The notes: a model not told the origin generated them from the sequence alone. A stretch of DNA of 64,000 nt from Candidatus Altimarinota bacterium (GCA_963677745.1 OY782391.1:704001-768000); one strand, 5' to 3'. Numbered from the stretch's first letter, positions 1-10,082 are shown. Numbers and translations: made by a program.

Positions 1-543
1 GATCATCACCAGCCAGACAGGGCTGATTCGAATATTCAAAAGAGTCACCCCCACCACCGCCACACTGGAAAGTAACTGGGCAATGTCCATCATTCCCCTG
101 ACCATCGGTAAAAAACTCTTGGACTGCCTGGAATTAACGTAGCCGGAAGAAAGGTTTTCCAAAGATGTGTCAAAAGCCGTACTGGAAAAACGTGCCAGCA
201 CCAAAGACAAAAACAAATAGGTGGTAATTGACCATTGCAGATAAAGACAAACCGCCCCGAAAACCATCACTGCCAGCAGAAAAAACAGGGTACTCGTCAA
301 CGCCGAGGTCTTCCTGCTCAAAAGTACGTCCAAGCTGTAATTGACAATGGCAATCAAGCTGACAGCCAACAATAGTGCCGGCAAACGGTCTATCAACCCT
401 GCGTTCAAAAATTCTGCCGTCGCACCGATAAAAGCCATCTCCGTAAAAAAAGTAGCCACAAATGTGGTTATTCCAAACAGCCATTTTTTCAGGGGATAAC
501 TGTTGCTCTTGATCATATGATCCGGTTGGCTTGATATCCCCAT
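1..543 (-). CDS. Multi-pass membrane protein, 5' part only (runs off the window); MFS/Npt1(TLC)-like N-terminus possible
   Basis: Manual translation from ATG at 543 (MGISSQPDHMIKSNSYPLKKWLFGITTF...) is open to position 1, with several hydrophobic helices and YVNSRQSKSFLPMV; not in the ORF track because its stop lies outside the window. Confidence 0.6.
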   Translation of the reverse strand, partial: MGISSQPDHMIKSNSYPLKKWLFGITTFVATFFTEMAFIGATAEFLNAGLIDRLPALLLAVSLIAIVNYSLDVLLSRKTSALTSTLFFLLAVMVFGAVCLYLQWSITTYLFLSLVLARFSSTAFDTSLENLSSGYVNSRQSKSFLPMVRGMMDIAQLLSSVAVVGVTLLNIRISPVWLVMI

Positions 544-553
544 ATTATAGCAC

Positions 554-586
554 AAAAAAGCCGGTTTTTAAACCTTCAAAACCGGC
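554..586 (-). terminator. Rho-independent terminator after efp
   Basis: GCCGGTTTT/AAAACCGGC stem followed by T6 on the minus strand. Confidence 0.7.
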
Positions 587-602
587 CTGATCAATTCCCG
601 TC

Positions 603-1163
603 CTATTGGCTGACCCTCTCTACATATTCTCCGGTATCGGTATTAATCCGGACAACGTCTCCCTCTTTGATAAATAATGGAACATTTGCCTTGGTCCCGG
701 TTTCCAGAGTTACCTGCTTGCTGCCGCCGGTTGCCGTGTCTCCTTTATTTCCCGGGGGGGCGTCAATCACCTTAAAATTCATCTTTGGAGGAAGCTGAAT
801 GGTAAAAGGGTTACCGTCAATAAACATTACAATCAGCTCGCTGCCGTCCAGAATATAGTCTTTCATCTCGCCAATATTTTCCAGCGGCAAGACAAACTGT
901 TCATAGCTGGTATTGTCCATAAAAGTCATATCGGCACCGTCATTGTACAGATATTGGCAATTGCGGTACTCCACATTGGCTTCTTCGATATTTTCACCGC
1001 TTCTGAAACTGACCTCAAATATCTTTCCGGACTTGGCGTTTTTAAGCTTGGTTCGTGTAAAAGCCGAACCCTTGCCGGGATTTACGAACTGATAACTGAG
1101 TATCACGCAGGTTTCACCGTTATATTTGATAGCGGCGCCTTTTTTGAAATCTGATGTATTCAT
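603..1163 (-). CDS. efp: Elongation factor P
   Basis: MNTSDFKKG start, VNPGKGSAF loop (modifiable Lys), ETG..VPLFI..GD...INT.TGEYVER C-terminus. Confidence 0.97.
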   Translation of the reverse strand: MNTSDFKKGAAIKYNGETCVILSYQFVNPGKGSAFTRTKLKNAKSGKIFEVSFRSGENIEEANVEYRNCQYLYNDGADMTFMDNTSYEQFVLPLENIGEMKDYILDGSELIVMFIDGNPFTIQLPPKMNFKVIDAPPGNKGDTATGGSKQVTLETGTKANVPLFIKEGDVVRINTDTGEYVERVSQ

Positions 1164-1267
1164 GCTGATCCAATAAAGTTTTATTCGTCCGGCCTCTGGC
1201 AAGACTGTCGCGGGCATTCTATCCGCCCGCCCCTTTTTGGTCAACCCAAAAGGGGCTTCTGGAAGCC

Positions 1268-2671
1268 TTATAAATCCCGGTGCGGAAAAAACAAAGTATT
1301 CCTGATGTCCTTCTCACCCAGCAGCAGCATAATAACTCTGTCCACGCCCAGGGCATTGCCGCCGGACGGAGGCATTCCGAATTTCAGAGCATTGATAAAA
1401 GTTTGATCAACGTTATAAACCTCTTTCCCCAAGCCCTTTCTCTCCTCTTTTTCCAGATTAAGACGGGACTCCTGTTCCACCGGATCATTCAATTCCGTAA
1501 AACCGTTGCACAGCTCCAAACCTCCAACATAGGCCTCAAAACGCTCGGCAAACTGCTCATCGCCGGCACACTTTTTGGACAAGGCCGCCATGGACACCGG
1601 ATAGTCATAAAGGATTGTCGGAACTTCAAAACCCAGTCTGGGTTCAATCTCATTCAAAAAAATCAGATAAAACATATCGTCAAAACCGGTACTGCCGGTT
1701 ACCGCATAACCGCGTTTGACAATTTCCGCCCTGAACAAATCCATGTTGAAAAAAGTCTCCCTGTTTATACCGGCCATTTCCTGAAAAGCGTCAATTATCC
1801 TGAGTCTCTTCCAGGGGGCCATTATATCGATCTCTTTTTCCTTCCAGTCCAGCTTTTTCAGTTTTCCTGCGGCGTCTCTGGGACCAAACTTCTCCCACAG
1901 AAATTTAACCAGCCTCTCGGTATCGTCCATTATCTCCTCATAGGAAGCAAATGCCCGATACCATTCCAAAATTGTAAACTCCGGATTGTGCCGCTCGCTG
2001 AAAGTCTCCTTGTTCCGGAAGGAGCGGGTAACCTGAAAAATCTTCTCCAGCCCGCCCACCAGCAATTTTTTCATAGCATACTCGGGAGAGGTAATCAGGT
2101 ACATGTCTTCACTGATCTTGCCATCGGCGGAAAAATCGGCTTCAAATCTTGTTTTAAAAACATCCAGATAAGGCTCCATACCGGGTAGCCGCACCAGGCA
2201 GGGAGTGTCGGTCTCCAGAAAAGCCTCTCCTAAAAAAAACTCTCTGACCGCGGCAATAATCCGGGAGCGTTTAATCAGATTTTCCTTGAGACCTTCATCC
2301 AAAATCATCTTTTGATAATTGGGCGAATCAACCGGGGAAATATAAAAATCTTCACAACCGGCCAATAAGCGCGACTCTCCCGACTGTCGCACCGCCAAAG
2401 ATCCAGCCACAGAAGCTTCCGACACCACCTCCGCCTCCACAATAGTCCCCACTTCCGGCAGCTTTTCCGCTAAAACCGTTATTTTTCCTGATCCATCCTG
2501 CAATATATAACCGCGCTCCTGTTGGACCGGCCCCTGCGGCCCGGGCAACAAGCCCTCCCCGTCCAGTATCCCCACTACCCTTCCGCATAAGACAGCGCTT
2601 TGTCCCCCGCCCTCTTTATGTAAAAAAGTTCCAATCGTTTCCGTCCGCCCCACCCGGCCTGGATAAATCAT
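1268..2671 (-). CDS. epmA: EF-P lysine aminoacylase EpmA (GenX/PoxA) with N-terminal OB-fold-like extension
   Basis: LITSPEYAMKKLL, SFRNKE..HNPEFTILEWYR, ERFEAY..ELCNGFTEL, GMPPSGGNALGVDR; directly upstream of efp. Confidence 0.9.
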   Translation of the reverse strand: MIYPGRVGRTETIGTFLHKEGGGQSAVLCGRVVGILDGEGLLPGPQGPVQQERGYILQDGSGKITVLAEKLPEVGTIVEAEVVSEASVAGSLAVRQSGESRLLAGCEDFYISPVDSPNYQKMILDEGLKENLIKRSRIIAAVREFFLGEAFLETDTPCLVRLPGMEPYLDVFKTRFEADFSADGKISEDMYLITSPEYAMKKLLVGGLEKIFQVTRSFRNKETFSERHNPEFTILEWYRAFASYEEIMDDTERLVKFLWEKFGPRDAAGKLKKLDWKEKEIDIMAPWKRLRIIDAFQEMAGINRETFFNMDLFRAEIVKRGYAVTGSTGFDDMFYLIFLNEIEPRLGFEVPTILYDYPVSMAALSKKCAGDEQFAERFEAYVGGLELCNGFTELNDPVEQESRLNLEKEERKGLGKEVYNVDQTFINALKFGMPPSGGNALGVDRVIMLLLGEKDIRNTLFFPHRDL

Positions 2672-2781
2672 CTTTTGTAAAGTTAACAATTCCTTTTGGT
2701 TTTACACCAAAAACCGCCAACATTTAAACATCATCTGAGTAGTTTTGAACGAAAATCCTCACTTTTGCACCAACTTTTGAA

Positions 2782-5700
2782 CTATTCTGCGGACATTTTC
2801 ACCTTTTCCGCAAGCCTTTTAAGACAGGCGTTCAGTTCGTCCACCCATTGAAAACCCAAATCCTCCAGCTTGATCTTCAGTTTATTGCCGGAAATCATCC
2901 ATTTATGATTATATTCGAGCAAATTCATAATGTTCTCGGGTTTGACCAGGTTGCTCATATGCAGAATAATTTCCTTGTCCTTGGTCAGATAAACGCTTTC
3001 CGCCTTCACGCTGACCACGCCGGCCAATTTGGCGCTGATTTTCATCTCGATCACCTTGAAAAAGTTAATCACTTCCGGCGGCAAAGCTCCGTAGTCGCTA
3101 ATCAGGTCCTCTTTCATGTCATGCAGATACTGGGATGAGTCCGCGGCCGACAGCTTCTGATACATAGCCACTTTCTCCTTGGTATTGGTAATATAATGAT
3201 CGGGAATAAAAGCGCTGATCGGAATTTCCACCGACACGTCCTCCGGCTCCTCTTCGCGCAGCACACGGCCGGCTTTGAGGTCCTCCACCGCCTTGTTCAG
3301 CATCCGGATAAAATGGCTTACTCCAACTACGTTAATCACGCCATGCTGTTTGGCGCCAAGGATATCGCCGGCCCCGCGTATCTCCAGATCCTTCATGGCA
3401 ATCTGAAAACCGGAGCCCAGCTCTGAAGCCTCCACAATAGCCTTCAGGCGCTTCTTGGCATCCAGCTTCAGTCTTTGCCCGTGATACATGAAATAAGCGT
3501 AAGCCTGCCGCTTGCTGCGTCCCACGCGCCCTCTCAACTGGTACAGCTGGGCCAGACCGAATTTCTCGGCGTTGTTTACAATCAAAGTGTTGGCATTGGC
3601 CAGATCAATCCCGTTTTCAATAATGGTTGAGGAAACCAGCACATCAAACTGATGGTCTTTAAAAGCCACGATCCTCTCCTCCAGATCGCCAGAACCCAAT
3701 TGGCCGTGCGCCACACCAAACCTGGCCTCGGGTACCAGCACGCGCAATTTTTCGGTCAAACTGTCGATGGTCTGGACACGGTTATGAAGAAAATATACCT
3801 GCCCGTGACGCTTAACTTCATTCAAAATAGCCTCGCGCACCAGTCCAAGTGAAAATCTTCGAACCTCCGTAATCACCGGCAAACGGCCGGGCGGCGGCGT
3901 GGTTATGGTCGAGATATCCCTCAGTTTATTTAGGGCAATATTAAGAGTTCTGGGAATCGGCGTGGCTGTTAAGGTCAGAAAATCCACGTCGGCCTTAGTC
4001 TGCTTGAAAACCTCCTTCTGCTTGACGCCAAAACGCTGCTCCTCATCGACAATCACCAGTCCCAAGTCTTTAAAAACCAGATCCTTCTGCAGCAATCTGT
4101 GCGTCCCGATAATTATATCAATTTCCCCCTTGGCCAGCTTTTCCAGGATCTTTTTTTGTTCGGAAGCGCTGCGGAACCGGGACAGCATCTCCACGCGGAC
4201 CTTAAAAGGCTCCATGCGTTTAACAAAAGAACGGTAATGCTGATCGGCCAAAATCGTAATCGGAGAAACCAAAGCCGTCTGTTTCTTATTCAAAAAAGCC
4301 AGGTAAGCGGCCCTCATAGCCACTTCCGTCTTCCCAAAACCCACATCGCCGCAAACCAGTCTGTCCATGGGAATGTCACGGCACATATCATCCAGTGTGT
4401 CCTTGGTCGACCTCATCTGTCCCGGGGTATCCTCATATTCAAAGCTCTCTTCAAAGAGCTTCATCTGTTTGTCAAAAAACTTGAAGGAAAATCCGGAGGC
4501 GCTCTTTCTTTCGGCATAAATGGCCAACAACTCTTTGGCAATCTGTTCCGTTTCCTTTTTAACTTTTCTGGTAATGGAATTCCATTCGGCAGAGCCAAGT
4601 CTGGTCAGTTTGGGAGGGTTTTCGTCGGCTCCGATAAATTTGTTAACCTTGTCGGCCTGGTCGATCGGCACAAACAGCTTGTCGTTTTCGGCATAACCGA
4701 TTTTCAGATATTCCTTGGTCAGATCGTCAATCTTACGCTGCTCCAGTCCTAAAAAAAGACCGATACCATGGTCGACGTGCACCACATAGTCCCCGCTCTT
4801 CAGGCTGGCCAAAAAGTCCATAAAAACCTTCTGGTTCACGGCCCTTTTTTTCTCTTCCTGTAGCGTAGAAATATCTCTGTCCGAAATCACCGAAAGTTTA
4901 ATTTCCGGGTTCTGGAAGGCGTACGGTAAATTATCGTCCTGATCCCCTTCCACCAGAAAAAGCCTGAAATGACCGTACCCGAACTGACTCAAATCTTCGT
5001 TAAAGGCAAGCTTGTTCTCCGCCAGAATCTCCTGCATTTCGCGCTTATGTTTGGTAAAAATAATCACATGCCAGGACTCTTTGATTTTCTCTTTCAGGTC
5101 ATTCACCAGATCGTACACACCGCGATATTTTAAAACCGACAGATAGTGCAAATGCTGATGGCTGGACTCGTCTTCGTTGAAAGTGACAAAGCTCAGCACC
5201 AGGTTCTTGTTGTATACTTCATTAAAATTGGCGTTCCAGTCCTCATAAAATTCATCATATATTTCCAGGTCGTCCTCCACCACCAGATTGTCCTTGCGAA
5301 AAGTATCCACCAGCAGCTGATCGGTTTCCTCAAACAGCACCGGCCAGATTTCCAGTTTCTTCAGCGTTTTTACCCCCTCCTTTTGCAGGCTGTCACGGTC
5401 AAAAAACTCCATACTTTCAACCTCTTCAAACCCCAGATTAATACGAACCGGAAAGTCGCTGTTCACCGGAAAAATCGTCAGCGTGTCGCCGGTTCTGTGG
5501 TAAGTTCCGCGCAGCAGATAAGCGTCCTCGGACAGTTCATAGCCCATACCTATCAGATTTTCATAAAAACTCATCAGACTGATGGCCTTCCCCTGCTCCA
5601 GCACTAAAGTGGCTTTTTCAACCCATTCCAGGTCGGGAACCCGCTTCAAAAGTTCAAAATAAGGCAGTACCAGAAATCTCCTCTCTGTGTTGCGCAATTC

Positions 5701-6030
5701 AGCCAGCAGCTCCATCACTTTCATTTGTCTTAAGCGGTCAACTTTGCTGGCGGAAACCACGTCCAGTTTTGAGTCAAACCCCCTGGCTTTAAAATCGGAC
5801 CAGATTTTCAGATCTTTTATCACCGCATCCGCTTCCTGACTGTTATTAACGATCCAGACTCCGCCATTAATCTTTTTCATATCCCTCAACGCGTCAACCA
5901 CGGTAAAAACCTTCGAGGAGTGGTTGGCCGATCCGGAAACGCTAAAAGCTTTTTTAGTTTCCAGCATATCCAAAACCCGTGCATTAAGTACGGTCGGCAA
6001 AAAGCGGATCAAATTGGCTATTTTGCTCAT
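2782..6030 (-). CDS. mfd: Transcription-repair coupling factor
   Basis: CarD-like GDYVVHVDHGIG, CGDVGFGKTEVA, DEEQRFGV, QLRGRVGR, TRCF C-terminus. Confidence 0.97.
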   Translation of the reverse strand: MSKIANLIRFLPTVLNARVLDMLETKKAFSVSGSANHSSKVFTVVDALRDMKKINGGVWIVNNSQEADAVIKDLKIWSDFKARGFDSKLDVVSASKVDRLRQMKVMELLAELRNTERRFLVLPYFELLKRVPDLEWVEKATLVLEQGKAISLMSFYENLIGMGYELSEDAYLLRGTYHRTGDTLTIFPVNSDFPVRINLGFEEVESMEFFDRDSLQKEGVKTLKKLEIWPVLFEETDQLLVDTFRKDNLVVEDDLEIYDEFYEDWNANFNEVYNKNLVLSFVTFNEDESSHQHLHYLSVLKYRGVYDLVNDLKEKIKESWHVIIFTKHKREMQEILAENKLAFNEDLSQFGYGHFRLFLVEGDQDDNLPYAFQNPEIKLSVISDRDISTLQEEKKRAVNQKVFMDFLASLKSGDYVVHVDHGIGLFLGLEQRKIDDLTKEYLKIGYAENDKLFVPIDQADKVNKFIGADENPPKLTRLGSAEWNSITRKVKKETEQIAKELLAIYAERKSASGFSFKFFDKQMKLFEESFEYEDTPGQMRSTKDTLDDMCRDIPMDRLVCGDVGFGKTEVAMRAAYLAFLNKKQTALVSPITILADQHYRSFVKRMEPFKVRVEMLSRFRSASEQKKILEKLAKGEIDIIIGTHRLLQKDLVFKDLGLVIVDEEQRFGVKQKEVFKQTKADVDFLTLTATPIPRTLNIALNKLRDISTITTPPPGRLPVITEVRRFSLGLVREAILNEVKRHGQVYFLHNRVQTIDSLTEKLRVLVPEARFGVAHGQLGSGDLEERIVAFKDHQFDVLVSSTIIENGIDLANANTLIVNNAEKFGLAQLYQLRGRVGRSKRQAYAYFMYHGQRLKLDAKKRLKAIVEASELGSGFQIAMKDLEIRGAGDILGAKQHGVINVVGVSHFIRMLNKAVEDLKAGRVLREEEPEDVSVEIPISAFIPDHYITNTKEKVAMYQKLSAADSSQYLHDMKEDLISDYGALPPEVINFFKVIEMKISAKLAGVVSVKAESVYLTKDKEIILHMSNLVKPENIMNLLEYNHKWMISGNKLKIKLEDLGFQWVDELNACLKRLAEKVKMSAE

Positions 6031-6063
6031 TCTAAAACTTCGGTCTTTTCCACTAAGACTCCA

Positions 6064-7176
6064 TTAAATCTTTAGCGGCATTATGATGTACATATAAGTC
6101 TTTTCAGACTCTTTGGTTATCCTAATTACAGCAGGCGACAGCTTGTCGTCAAGCTCAATTGTTATTTCGTCGGCCAGAATAAAATTCAAAACGTCCAGCA
6201 GATATTGGGCGTTGAGAGCTATCTTGTTGTTTTCTCCTTCAACCTTTCCCGTAATTTCCGCCTTTTCTTCGCCCACCTTGGTCTCGTCGGTAGAGATGGT
6301 AAGTTTGCCGTCGTTGGTAACAGAGCATTTGATGTTATTGTTATTTTCCCTGGCAAACAGGGCCACCCTTCTCACCACCAGCGACAATTCATCGGTTTTT
6401 ACGTCCACCTTGGTCTTACTGGTGTGCGGAATGATCTTTTCATAATCGGGAAACTTTCCCTCAATCAGCCTGGAAACCATCCTGGTATCGCCGGCCACAA
6501 ACAGAATCTGGTTTTTGGAAACGGTAATTTCAATATCCTCGGCGGAAGATCTGGCAATAATTTTTCCCAGTTCCGAAACGGTCCTGGCGGGAACAATCGC
6601 CTGTAAATCAAACTCCACCTTCTCTTTTAACATCACTTTTTTCTCCGCCAATCTATAACTGTCTGTTGCCACCAGCTTTAAATGATCCTTTTTTAAATCA
6701 AACAGGATTCCCGATAAAACCGGTCTGGCCGTATTGGTGGCCGCAGCAAAAACAGTCTGACTGATAGCCACGTCAAACTCTTTCCTGGAAACACTGAAAA
6801 ACTGATCTTTACTTACCGAGGGAATTATTGGAAACTCTTCGGCCGAGATGCCTTTAATCTTGGTTTGTGAGCTGGCGGCCTTAATAAACAACGTATTACT
6901 CTCATCCACATAGAGCTCAACCTGGCTGTCTTTCAATAATGATACATAACTCATTAATAGTTTTGCTGGCACGGTAATGGCTCCCTCCGCCTTAATTTCC
7001 GCAGGAATAAAACACTGAATGGCGATTTCCAGGTTGGTTCCGGCAAAGTTAAGTTTTCCCCCTTCCGCCTTCAATAACACATTATTTAACACCGGCAGGG
7101 TGGTGTTTTGACTGATGGCCTTGCCGACAACGTTCAGGGCTGTGTCCAGATCCGATTGAGTGCAGATAAGTTTCAT
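6064..7176 (-). CDS. dnaN: DNA polymerase III beta clamp
   Basis: TLPVLNNVL, ATDSYRLA, SRLIEGKFPDYEKIIP, IIMPLKI; 370 aa. Confidence 0.98.
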   Translation of the reverse strand: MKLICTQSDLDTALNVVGKAISQNTTLPVLNNVLLKAEGGKLNFAGTNLEIAIQCFIPAEIKAEGAITVPAKLLMSYVSLLKDSQVELYVDESNTLFIKAASSQTKIKGISAEEFPIIPSVSKDQFFSVSRKEFDVAISQTVFAAATNTARPVLSGILFDLKKDHLKLVATDSYRLAEKKVMLKEKVEFDLQAIVPARTVSELGKIIARSSAEDIEITVSKNQILFVAGDTRMVSRLIEGKFPDYEKIIPHTSKTKVDVKTDELSLVVRRVALFARENNNNIKCSVTNDGKLTISTDETKVGEEKAEITGKVEGENNKIALNAQYLLDVLNFILADEITIELDDKLSPAVIRITKESEKTYMYIIMPLKI

Positions 7177-7209
7177 TGGAATGTCTTAAGGTTACTGATT
7201 TTCCCGCCC

Positions 7210-7237
7210 ATTATAGACTCCCGTTATTCCCTTTCAA
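7210..7237 (-). promoter_or_regulatory. sigma70-type promoter for dnaN-mfd
   Basis: TTGAAA-N16-TATAAT on the minus strand. Confidence 0.55.
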
Positions 7238-7239
7238 GT

Positions 7240-7518
7240 CCATTACCAGGATTTCCACTTTTCAACATTACCAAACTTCCTGTTAATAGATTATTATTTC
7301 TCTTTAATTTATTTAAATAGTTATAGAGAGCACTTCACAAAATATAAATATTATTGTCTTTTGTGTTTAAAGATCTTTGATTAATCTTCCTTTTTTCCTT
7401 TTGATTCTATAAACAAATTCCAGAGAAACCCCAAACTAATGTTTAACAGTATAAAATTTTAACTTCTGTGCAAAAATAGTTTAAAATCTATTCAAAAGTA
7501 TAGATTTAATAAAATTTT
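7240..7518. other. AT-rich intergenic region with degenerate DnaA-box-like 9-mers (oriC candidate)
   Basis: TTTTGCACA (minus, 7467-7475), TTAAACACA (minus, 7362-7370), TTTTCAACA (7259-7267); upstream of dnaN, between divergent genes. Confidence 0.35.
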
Positions 7519-8205
7519 ATGAACGTCTTTTTGCACCCGTCCCCCCGCTTTAAAAAATATTATATGGGAGCTTTCCTCTTGGCGCTGCTTGCTTTGGGGG
7601 TAACAGTATTGTTAATACAGGCTCACTATCAAACAGCCGAGGTGGGAAGTTACTGTAATATTAACGATTATTGGAACTGCGACCGGGTTAATAAAAGCAG
7701 TTTTGCCGAAATCTTGGGAATACCGGTCTCTATACTGGGATTTCTCTATTATTTGTTTGTCGCCGCTGTCTATTTCCTGGTTTTGAGGGGTTTCAATTTT
7801 TCCAAAAAACTACTGCCGATTACCCCGCGGTTTTTATTAATATCCCTGTCCGCAATCGGGGTAATCAGCTCCGCGGTTTTAGGGGTAATCGAATTTGACA
7901 TTCTTAAAGCCTGGTCCGCCGTAGCGGTGATTAAGGCGTTTGTTTTTATAGTTCTGTTTATCACTATATATAAATATGCGTCCGTAAAAAAGCACCCCGA
8001 ATCGGAGTTTTTGGGCTTTCTAACAGCTCTTTCCCTGTTTGGCGTGAACTTTTCCCTGTATTTAACCGGTATTGAGCTGTTTGTTCTACAGGCCTTCTGT
8101 ATTTTCTGCCTGACCCAGCAGATCATTATTCTGATCATCGCCGTTATTAATTTTATCGTCTTAAAAAAAAGCAACCATGAGCACACCCTCCACGCCGGCT
8201 CCTAA
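7519..8205 (+). CDS. Vitamin K epoxide reductase (VKOR) family disulfide-bond formation protein
   Basis: Loop Cys pair C-NINDYWN-C, SSFAEILGIPVSILG, CIFC active site, multiple TM helices. Confidence 0.9.
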   Translation: MNVFLHPSPRFKKYYMGAFLLALLALGVTVLLIQAHYQTAEVGSYCNINDYWNCDRVNKSSFAEILGIPVSILGFLYYLFVAAVYFLVLRGFNFSKKLLPITPRFLLISLSAIGVISSAVLGVIEFDILKAWSAVAVIKAFVFIVLFITIYKYASVKKHPESEFLGFLTALSLFGVNFSLYLTGIELFVLQAFCIFCLTQQIIILIIAVINFIVLKKSNHEHTLHAGS

Positions 8206-9148
8206 AAAAAGGTCTCCCGAGTCTTTGGAACAAAGACAAAAAGACCGCGCCGCAGAAGAAGAAATTTCCGGTTTGTCAGCGGAAGAAAGGAAAAAGCGGC
8301 AGGAGGAGCAGAGGCTTAAATATGAAAAAGAAAAAGCGGAAATAAAAAAGAGCCTCTACGGAGATCTGGCAACCGAAAAACCGGCCGCTTCGTCTGACCA
8401 AAAACCGGAAAGACCTGAAGAGTCAAAAAAGCCCAAAAGCAATGAACAGAAAGAAAAAGAAGACCGGGAAAACTTCAAAAAGTTGTTTGACGCCGCCGTC
8501 GAAAACATCAAATCAAAAAAAGCCTTTCGTTTTGAAGGCATAGACGCGGATAATCTGGGTAGACCGGCCTCCCATCTGGCCACCATGACAGCCCTTCTGG
8601 ACCATTCCCAAAAAGGAGAAAAGAAACCCGAAGATATCTGGAAAAGAGTGGAAAACAAGCAGGCTAAACTTGGACAGATCGGTCTGCAGGTGGAAATCGA
8701 CATGGGAGAGCAAAAGAACAGTAATCTGGGGTTGACCAATTTGAAAATGGAAATTTCCCTGGAATCCCTGATGAACGGCGGGTTCATTGAAAAAATGACC
8801 CGTTTTACCAATCTGGCTTTTTTTGCAGCCCATCTCCATTCTCGTCAGCAAAAGGAGGCACCACAAGCGTTTGAAGTGCCACAGCCCGCTTCTTCCAAAA
8901 AACAGAAGACGCCGCTGGAACAAGACGTGGAAAAGAATTATAAAAATTACGGAATTACATCCGTCGCGGACAAAGGCGGCCTGGAAAACACGGACGCTCT
9001 GTTTGAACAGGGTCGTACCGACACGGTTGCTTTTTCCTTCAAAAACGGCGCGGTCTGGGGAACTTTGGACACGCAAGGCGCCCCCGCCGATCCGCAGAAA
9101 CTTCAGGAAGCCGTCGATAAGTTACCAAAAGAAAAACATGAAAGATAA
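8177..9148 (+). CDS. Hypothetical protein, charged N-terminus
   Basis: 323-aa ORF overlapping both neighbours in operon fashion. Confidence 0.7.
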   Translation: MSTPSTPAPKKRSPESLEQRQKDRAAEEEISGLSAEERKKRQEEQRLKYEKEKAEIKKSLYGDLATEKPAASSDQKPERPEESKKPKSNEQKEKEDRENFKKLFDAAVENIKSKKAFRFEGIDADNLGRPASHLATMTALLDHSQKGEKKPEDIWKRVENKQAKLGQIGLQVEIDMGEQKNSNLGLTNLKMEISLESLMNGGFIEKMTRFTNLAFFAAHLHSRQQKEAPQAFEVPQPASSKKQKTPLEQDVEKNYKNYGITSVADKGGLENTDALFEQGRTDTVAFSFKNGAVWGTLDTQGAPADPQKLQEAVDKLPKEKHER

Positions 9149-10082
9149 AAACCCCGCCGCGCCCCGCCCCCTTATCAATGGCTCGGCCTATCCGCGAATC
9201 GGTCTGGCCCTGGGGTCTGGAGCGGCCAAAGCCATCTGTCAGTTCGGCATATTAAAAAGGCTGACGGAAAACAATATTCCTATCAGTTATATAACCGGAT
9301 CCAGCATGGGGGCTATTCTGGGAGGGGTTTATGCCCTGGGACTGGATCTTGATCTGGCTATCGAAAAAGCCTTCCGTTACGCCGAAGCGACCAATATCAA
9401 CAACCTGAACAACTTTAACTTTTTCCACGAAAGTCTTTATAAAAATGACTATACGGAAAACCTGCTCACCGAACTTTTTGCCGACTTCAATTTTGAAGAT
9501 TGTAAAATTCCTTTCAGCGTTACCACTGTGGATTTGGAAGCGGGCGGCGTGGTGGTTCTGGACAAAGGACCTCTTGTCCCCGCTATTCGGGCTTCCACGT
9601 CCATCCCCGGGATTTTTGCGCCTGCCTTAATTAACGGAAAATATCTGGTGGACGGCGGGCTGCTGGAAGACTGTCCGGTCACAACCGTCAGAGAGAGGGG
9701 TCAGTGTGATTTACTGATTGGTTCCTATATTAAAGACCTCAAGGACCGGCAGTTCATTTCCGCTTTTATTTATAATAAATTTTATAAAAGAAAGAAAAAA
9801 ACCAACATTATCAGCCAAACAATCAACGAGGCGAAAGAAAATATGAATTTGCTGAGCGGGATTGTCTTAAGGTCACTTGATATCCTTCGCGCGGAACTCT
9901 GGAAATACAAAAAAAGCGAAGCCCGCCCCGACCTGATTATCGAAATAAACGTGGAAAAAGTCAGCCTTTTTGACTTTAAAAAAATTAAAAACCTGGTCAG
10001 AGAGGGCGAAAAGGCTTTTGACTCGCAATTCGTACGGCTGGCGGCCTTGATAGAAGGCAAAAAGAAAGAGTTGAACGGATAG
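9138..10082 (+). CDS. Patatin-like phospholipase
   Basis: ALGSGAAK, GSSMG nucleophile, DGG motif; start re-called at ATG 9138. Confidence 0.92.
   Translation: MKDKNPAAPRPLINGSAYPRIGLALGSGAAKAICQFGILKRLTENNIPISYITGSSMGAILGGVYALGLDLDLAIEKAFRYAEATNINNLNNFNFFHESLYKNDYTENLLTELFADFNFEDCKIPFSVTTVDLEAGGVVVLDKGPLVPAIRASTSIPGIFAPALINGKYLVDGGLLEDCPVTTVRERGQCDLLIGSYIKDLKDRQFISAFIYNKFYKRKKKTNIISQTINEAKENMNLLSGIVLRSLDILRAELWKYKKSEARPDLIIEINVEKVSLFDFKKIKNLVREGEKAFDSQFVRLAALIEGKKKELNG

Noticed and set aside
1280-2188. 302-aa + strand ORF
   Set aside because: Antisense shadow of epmA; no motifs
1268-2671. Calling this gene lysyl-tRNA synthetase
   Set aside because: TSPEYAMKKLL and LEWYR signatures plus adjacency to efp indicate EpmA
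8823-9137. Extended N-terminus of patatin in the ORF track
   Set aside because: Overlaps the upstream gene; ATG 9138 gives a normal-length protein
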